Shown piece after piece: positions 22,504 to 29,400 of a stretch of 29,400 nt of DNA (positions within the stretch are counted from its first letter, which is position 1; the number at the start of each line of letters is the position of its first letter). The stretch is taken from positions 1-29,400 of the forward strand of contig BAAFSQ010000117.1 in the NCBI GenBank assembly GCA_054661495.1, read 5' to 3'. The position numbers were made by a program, and so were the translations under genes. This DNA is from Zygophlyctis sp. KS116 (Eukaryota > Fungi > Chytridiomycota). The notes beneath the pieces are model-generated. The model did not search any database. It was not told the origin of the DNA and saw nothing but the letters and a program-made list of their open reading frames with translations.

Positions 22504-23667
22504 ATGCAGTTGTCAGTACATTCATTACATTCATTCATTCGTCCTTTTCTCCAAGGATCAGAGTTTGATGGAGACTCAAAGACATTGGCAGACTTTATAT
22601 CGCTAATGCTCAAGAACAAGAAAACCAAAGATCAAATTTCTAGTGAATTATCTGAAAGTAATTAATGCAAAAATAATAAAAAGTTATTGGATCCGATACT
22701 GCTATTCTACTTACAAATGAAATGTTTGATTGGATTGAAAAGAATTGTATTGATTTGAATAGTGAAATTGGAACTAGTAGGATTTTAGGCGCTGCTCTTA
22801 AACAGGCTACTGCGACTGTAGAACCTATAGTCAGTTTTAGTAAAAGAAGAAGAGAGGAAGAGGCTCTAGAACCCAAAAAATCTCTAAAAATTTTGGATCG
22901 TCTTGGGCCTCAAATTGACAAAAACTCTAGAAATCAAGAGGATACTAGAGTCAAATGTAGTTTTTGGCCAAATTGTACTAGGTACTCTGACTATTTTTTC
23001 TAAATTTCTTAGAGAAGAGTGCACATTTATTCATCCAACTACAATGTGTAGACTAGGTGCAGAATGTTCAAAAGGAGACTCTTGTACATTTATACACTTG
23101 TCTGATTTAAAAAAGGTTGAGACTAGTAAATCTGAAAAATCAGCTTCTTTAAATCCTACAACTAATACAATGGTAGCTTGCAAATTTGGAATTAATTGTT
23201 TAAAGCCAGATTGTACCTTTGGACATCCATCAGTTCCTTCAAATGCTCTAAATCAGTCATTGACTAAAGTTGGAATACTTTGCAAGTTTGATCCTGGCTG
23301 TTTAAAATCATCTTGTCATTTTTCTCATCCTTCAAAAACACTCTTGGCAAATAATATTACTCCAACTATAAGTAGCAATATTCAGTGCAAATATGATCCT
23401 TTTTGTACTAGATTTGGATGTACTTTTAAACATTCACCAAAAGACTCTTTAGGAATTTCAAAAAAGTTTTCAATGTCTGAAGAAAGTCTGTCTAGTCCTA
23501 TTATTATAACAAGTCCTAATGGACCAAATATCCCAGTCAATTATACTCAAGGCAGACCAGGAACTTTTAAAAACAAGTCTCTAATATTGAAATCTCCTCA
23601 TATATCAGACCGAGGATTTGCAGTTTCTGAATCTGAAACAAACCAGTTTAAAATGGAACTTGAATAG
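22504..23667 (+). CDS. NAB2: Nab2/ZC3H14-like poly(A) RNA-binding protein
   Basis: N-terminal PWI-like domain (LADFISLMLKNKKTKDQISSEL) and five C-x5-C-x4/5-C-x3-H fingers. Introns 22658-22683 and 22982-23012. Confidence 0.82.
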
Positions 23668-24211
23668 AATCTTCATCTTTCCCCCAATTTTGAATCCATT
23701 CCAACACTTTTTCACAATTTTTATCCATATCCATTAAAGAATCATTTTGTAATTGTACTACTAAACCTTGAAAATGTTGACTTGCTTCTTGTAAAATAAC
23801 TTGCATAATTTCTGCAGTTACATTTTCTTGAATTTTTAGACTTGAATAATTCCTATTTTCCAGTCTAGAGTATAATATAGAATTATCAGTAGTTGTAACA
23901 ATAACCAAATCAAACCAATCTTTTGGAAAGAAATCCACACCATGATAGTCTAATATTAATCCTCCATTTTTCACATCATCCTTGAGAGCATCGACGAGAG
24001 CATCTTCATCTAGAACCCAAGATTCCAATTCCTCATCCCATTCCGAGACATATTTCCTCGACAAGATAAGTTGACTGACATTCAAATGATTCAAGTCTGA
24101 TCCCAAGGATATCAGCTCTGCCATTGTTGTTTTTCCAGTCCCTGGAGTTCCTGTAATTAGAATATTTGGTTTTTCTCTTGTTGATCTTGTTGATCTTGTA
24201 GTTGCAGGCAT
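23648..24211 (-). CDS. FAP7: Adenylate kinase 6 / Fap7
   Basis: PNILITGTPGTGKTT, ILDYHG..FFP..WFDLV, LYSRLENRNYS..KIQENV.AEI. Intronless. Confidence 0.95.
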   Translation of the reverse strand: MPATTRSTRSTREKPNILITGTPGTGKTTMAELISLGSDLNHLNVSQLILSRKYVSEWDEELESWVLDEDALVDALKDDVKNGGLILDYHGVDFFPKDWFDLVIVTTTDNSILYSRLENRNYSSLKIQENVTAEIMQVILQEASQHFQGLVVQLQNDSLMDMDKNCEKVLEWIQNWGKDEDSIQVPF

Positions 24212-24603
24212 TGATGGCAAAATTATTATCTAGTCAATTGTAGAGTTTGAAGTAAAATTTGTTGTTCGCTAGTGGCCTGCACCTGGAAATTACTTTCTCA
24301 TCAAGTATCAATTTATTATTCTTCTTCTAAAACTGAATTAGAAAGAAGCTGAAAGAATCTATAACCACGATGTCTGCTTTCGATTTTTATGTGCATCACA
24401 TCGTACCACTCCTGGCGAATTCGAGCAGAAACTGAACCGACGATAAATTCATCATCTCTGTATTATCCACTTTCATCACAAAGAAAGACCAATTAGGCAC
24501 CACAGTATCCAAATTTATGAGTTCCAATCCAAATAGAATGATCAGTCTCTTTGAAGCGAACGTAAATTACCGCGGGTGTGGCACATAGCCTTGTCTAATC
24601 AAA

Positions 24604-24928
24604 ATGATTTCTCACATTGTTCTATTCAAAATTAAACCAGACACAACTCAAGCGCTCTTAAACGTATTTACTAGTAAACTAAAGTCTCTTGAATCTATAT
24701 CTGGTGTATTAAAGGTATTTTAAAATGATTTTATTGAAGGTGTCTGTTGGTCCGACATTTACCACTGATAGATGTAGAGGATATACTCATGCTCTGGTAG
24801 TTGAACTACAAGATAAGGAAGCCTTGACTTCCTATGCTAAAAATGAAGATCATTTAAAAGTAATTCAGGAAAATATATTGCCAATTGTAGAAAAGGATGG
24901 GATTCTAGCAATGGATATTCAAGATTAG
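24604..24928 (+). CDS. Stress-responsive A/B barrel (Dabb) protein
   Basis: MISHIVLFKIK...GYTHAL...AL..Y....H. Intron 24715-24739. Confidence 0.88.
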
Positions 24929-24992
24929 AGAAATTTAATAGATTCTCGTAATTACGCTTTAAAATTTATAATGATGAATTAATCAACAGTAT

Positions 24993-26257
24993 ATGATGTT
25001 GGACAAGACAAGCGCAAGTGGGATCAACAAGAGTGGGTTCAACAAGAGTCATTACAGGATGACAAGAGCTCGGAATTTTCTTCGGAATTTAACTGAAAGA
25101 ATGTCATCAAATCCGCTAAAGCTGGATTCAGCATTAGGAAAGTTTCTGCCAACAGTAAATAAGACTGCCATTGGTTCTATGCCGGTAAGTAATGCAAAGG
25201 CAGAGGATGCGTCAGTAAAGTCAAAACTCACTGCAAATGATTTTCATATCATGAATACTTTGGGTTCTGGGTCGTTTGGAAGAGTACATTTGGTCAGATC
25301 AAAGCTTGATAACAAGTTTTTTGCAATGAAAGTACTTAAAAAGAATGAAATTGTTAAACTCAGACAAGTAGAACATACGATAAATGAAAAACAGATTCTA
25401 GAAGAATTAAATATGCCTTTTCTAGTAAAAATGTTGGGGACGTTTCAGGATTCTAATTCTTTATTCATTATTTTAGAGTATATTCAAGGTGGAGAGCTTT
25501 TTTCCTATTTGAGAAAATCTGGCGTAAGTACTTTTTACTCTTTACTATTAGAGATTTCCTAATCATGTTGCTAGATTTTATGCCGCAGAAGTGGTTCTAG
25601 CATTTGAATATCTTCATTCTAAAGATATTATTTATAGAGATTTAAAACCGGAAAATATTCTCTTGGATCATTTAGGACATGTTAAAATTACAGATTTTGG
25701 TTTTGCTAAACATGTTCCAACTGTAACTTGGACTTTATGTGGTACTCCGGATTATTTAGCTCCTGAAATTATTCAATCTAAAGGCTATGGAAAGGCTGTG
25801 GATTGGTGGGCTTTAGGTGTACTTATTTATGAGGTATTATAAATATTCATAAAGAAAAATAGATGATTGCAGGACATCCTCCATTCTATGATGAAGACCA
25901 TTTCAAATTATATGAAAAAATTTTGGCATGTAAATTAAGATTTCCTCCTCATTTTGATCCAAATGCAAAGGATTTAGTTAAAAGACTACTATCTCCAGAT
26001 TTAACAAAACGATTTGGAAATCTTAAAGGTGGTTCTGATGATATTAAAACTCACAAATGGTTTGGAGGAGTAGATTGGGAAAAATTGCTCTCTTTGGAAG
26101 TAACTGCTCCATATATTCCAAAAATTTCTTATGAAGGAGATACAAGTAATTTCGATTCATATCCAGAAGATCATGAACCATATGGGGCAACAGGCCCAGA
26201 CCCTCACGCGTAAGATTACGATTTTTAACTTTTAGAGATAGATTTAAAGATTTTTAA
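24993..26257 (+). CDS. PKA1: cAMP-dependent protein kinase catalytic subunit
   Basis: [53 protein letters not shown] and terminal FKDF. Introns 25524-25551, 25834-25862 and 26210-26235. Confidence 0.96.
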
Positions 26258-26289
26258 TGTTGGACGTTTTTTATTATTAAGAATTAAAA

Positions 26290-28669
26290 CTATTTTTTTT
26301 TCGTTTTTTCCTTGAAAGACTCTATAGGTTGTGTTGATGTAGGACTAATGGCTTCTCCGGAGGAGATCATTGTGTTTGATGCAAATGATGTTCCAATTTT
26401 TGTTCCTAATGGATCGGACTTGTGTAATTCTTTTAGAATATCTACGACCTGAGTAGGGTTGTAGATAGCAGTTGTACCTTGAAATTATTATGATGATTTT
26501 ACCAATAAATATATCACGATTCCATTCCTTGCTCACTTCATAAGCTACACGCATTTCGGAAAATGATAGACCACCCAGCATAAATACGATAACTGGAGGT
26601 CCATTTTTCGAGTTTACACTTTTTAGATCAGCGGTGGAAGTGGGCTTTGCTTGTTTTGTATCCTTGATCCATGTTGTTCTCGTAGTTCGTAAGGAAAAAG
26701 GAATTTTAGGATCCGTTGGAGTCAAATTGTCCTTGTCTGACTTGCTAAAAAATGCCATTGGTTTGGATGTTTTAGCACTAGAAACGGATTCGGACGGGGA
26801 ATCACCAATGTAGGGAAATACAGTACGTGCCAACTCTTGGGAAAGTTCATCCTAATTTTAATTTCGCAATTTAATTGTACCTCTAGTACTCGTTTCACCA
26901 GTGGAACATATCTTGATAGATCATACGTCTCTTTATTCTTTTTGGTTTCAAGAGCGTAACTCCCCCAATGCGAGTACCTACCACCATCTCTTTTTGATGT
27001 GGCACTGTCCATTTTTACTCCAAATATTCCCAGATTTGTGATTGCCTGGGTTTCTTCGAGGCTTAATTTTGCATTTTCCAAGAGTCTCCTTCTTTCCAAA
27101 TCTGGAATCCCTTCATAGGCTATAATATACACCATGAGCATTCTAACTTTATCATACGGTCTAATCATCAAATTCAAAAAACAAACCTGATATTAGCGTC
27201 TAGTAGAAGTGGAACAAGGTCGATTATAGCATTTCTAGGGGGTTTACCACTAGCAGTCATCCCTGTTGCGACGTCCTATGCTTAACATTATATATTTACA
27301 AACCTGCTCAAAGGCCGCAATAGCATTAAGTTTTCTCTTCTCAAAAAGAGATTTACATTCTTGACAGATATTAATATGTACAGAATATTTTGTCTTCATT
27401 TCTTGGAATTGGGGGAGCGCACTTAAAGTATCTTTCATTAGCTTTAGATTATCAATCTGCTTTCTGATGTCAGTTTTAAGCCTTGAATTTACCCATCCGT
27501 TTGCTGTACGCCAAGCGCAGCTGCTGCAGCTTTATTCTCTTGAAGAAATTTGTTAAAGTTTGAGCGGACATATTCAACCGCCTCTGAAAAATGCCAATGC
27601 TTCAGCAGTGACTTTAAGTTTAGTTAATGTCATAATATTACAAGAATTGGATCTGAGTCATCAATATTTACAAAATTCTTGATTTGACCATTATCTGCGG
27701 TGGAAGCATTTCCTTCACATTTAAAGCTAAAATAAGTTTCAGCGAATTACACGTATCTACTTCCTTCTAATGCCAGCAAATCGTTGAGCATTGCCTGATA
27801 GGTAAATTCATGAATGAGAGGAGATATCATGTCAAAAGATCGATCGATAATTATAATTGTAGCCCTCTTTTTCTTTTTCAATTCTGCAAAATCTGTATCA
27901 AGCTGAGCATAATTATCTATTTCTTTTTGTAAAGATTTCCCCAGCTTTTCCCCCAGACAAGCAATATTTCCAGACTGGTAAGCTCTAATATATGGATATT
28001 CCTCCATAGTAATCAATAGGGATAATATCTAGATCATTGTGCGATACAAAATTACCTTTTTTGCAATCTTGTCTAATTCCTTATTTACTACTGCAGGAGA
28101 GTCTGAATTATATAAATAAAATGGAGCTATCGGTTGCTCTAGCGTGAAAACTAATTGTTCGAATGCTATCATTAGCCAGGAAAGTGAAATACCAATATAA
28201 TCTACATTAAGTTCTTTGACAACTTTGATGTATGTTGTGGCCGCTGACTTTTTAAGCTTTTCAAATAGTGCATCATCCAATGCTATATTTTAAATCTAGA
28301 GGCCGCTTACTAGAAATAAAAAATATATGTGCCGCAGAATAATGCGGACGAGGACCTGAGAAGTCATCAATGATTTTGTTTAATGATTCCTCGGTCGGAC
28401 TAATGAAATAAATAGCCTCAAGACTAGGAAATGACGGCCTCTTCTTATTCAAGTTTTCAATAGCTATTATCAGTCTTTAATACAATACCAGTGACATTCT
28501 CTTCTAGAATCTCAAATGACTTGAATGTAGAGTCAAGTATGCGTAGCCCTTTGACATCCGTAATCAGCAACTTCCACTTTGCTTCGGGCTGGACAAAACG
28601 GATCATCTCATTTAATAGCTCTAATGATTATGCATGATAAATACTCTGTCGTAGCTTTTCTCGCAACAT
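26290..28669 (-). CDS. SEC1: Sec1/Munc18 (SM) family protein, multi-exon
   Basis: WKLLITD...EILEENVT, KRPSFPSLEAIYFISPT, DRSFDMISPLIHEFTYQAM, ALPQFQE, YDLSRYVP, IVFMLGGLSFSEMR. Many ~25-30-nt introns, for example 26478-26502. Confidence 0.92.
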
Positions 28670-28694
28670 TTTAGATTGATAGTTCGTGATTTTC

Positions 28695-28704
28695 GTGACG
28701 TAAC
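28695..28704 (-). promoter_or_regulatory. CRE/ATF-like element GTTACGTCAC upstream of SEC1
   Basis: Reverse complement of GTGACGTAAC, about 25 bp upstream of the SEC1 ATG. Confidence 0.35.
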
Positions 28705-29013
28705 GGGATTCTGCACTACGAAGACTTAAACTTAATCAAGACGATGGTTTTATTTTCTATATGAAATAATAAAAATAAATAAATTCCTTTACAATGATTT
28801 TTTCAATTCTAGCGCACTATTCTTTCTAATCTGATCTGAAATTATTCCGTAGTTGATGAAAAGTAGTATATAAACAGCACCGGATGATACCATTTTATTG
28901 TAACTGAAATTACCTTATAAATTCATTCTAATCAATGCATCATAGTTAATGAATCCATAAGTACAGTTCAAAACTAAGATTTGGTGGCGCTTATCTTGCA
29001 GCAATAATTAAAA

Positions 29014-29400
29014 ATGTCGCAAAAGCTCTGGGTTGAATATCAGACTCCTGCAAAGAGATTTGGTCCTACAAAAGTCTCTATTGAAGGATGTTCTGATGTG
29101 GATGATTTTAAAGGTAGCATTAGAAATTTTAGCTAATTTATAGAGGAAATTAAAAAAAAGTTTGAAGTCACTGGGCCTGCATCACATCTCACTCTCTACA
29201 AATCTGATGGAACAACTGAAATTGATGTTGGAGAATCTCCTACTGATTACTTGGAAGGAAATTCTGATGAAAATCCACTCATTGTCCGTTCAATCCCTAT
29301 TGAAAAAGGTATTTTAATTTATAAAGTTCTAATATCAGAAGAATTAGCTATTGGCTCGCCCAAGCGAAGAAAAGTGGATAGTTTGATTGAAAAAAGCAAA
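29014..29400 (+). CDS. Crinkler-like effector: ubiquitin-like header, probably fused to the trypsin-like domain; runs off the window
   Basis: MSQKLWVEY...PTKVSIEGCSDVDDFK|EEIKKK...LTLY...NSDENPLIV. Introns 29114-29143 and probably 29309-29338. Ends RKVDSLIEKSK, matching the start of the trypsin copies. Absent from the ORF track. Confidence 0.75.

Noticed and set aside
21835-22876. Minus-strand ORFs opposite the trypsin and NAB2 genes
   Set aside because: They are antisense shadows of well-supported plus-strand genes.
24451-24464. U6 snRNA-like AATACAGAGATGAT on the minus strand
   Set aside because: It lacks the following AGC triad, internal stem-loop and 3' U-tract.
1-29400. Alternative genetic code or widespread pseudogenisation explaining fragmented ORFs
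   Set aside because: The breaks examined coincide with tiny canonical introns, and TAA, TAG and TGA are all used as true stops.

Overview
AT-rich, very gene-dense eukaryotic DNA using the standard genetic code. It is most likely a zoosporic (chytrid-type) fungus, inferred from the gene content. The ORF track is fragmented because almost every gene is interrupted by tiny GT-AG introns of 25-32 nt, and splicing these out restores intact proteins. Conserved genes: YDJ1 (3' end), UTP6, RRP8, an ABCG half-transporter, a Bin3/MePCE methyltransferase, a kinesin-4-like motor, an F-box/WD40 protein, NAB2, FAP7/AK6, a Dabb barrel protein, the PKA catalytic subunit and SEC1. An accessory block at about 13.1-22.4 kb holds two tandem secretory-pathway J-domain paralogues, a DUF4436 protein, orphan genes and the most striking feature, a secreted LRR gene (19419-20793). 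That gene is built from a ~100-bp tandem array in which each unit is one 72-nt LRR exon plus a near-identical 28-29-nt intron. Variation is concentrated in the predicted ligand-facing codons, the units are mosaics of one another, and a Cys-rich C-terminal domain follows a KR site. The gene is bracketed by two direct-repeat copies of a Crinkler-associated trypsin gene fragment, and a Crinkler-header version of that gene starts at the right edge of the window.
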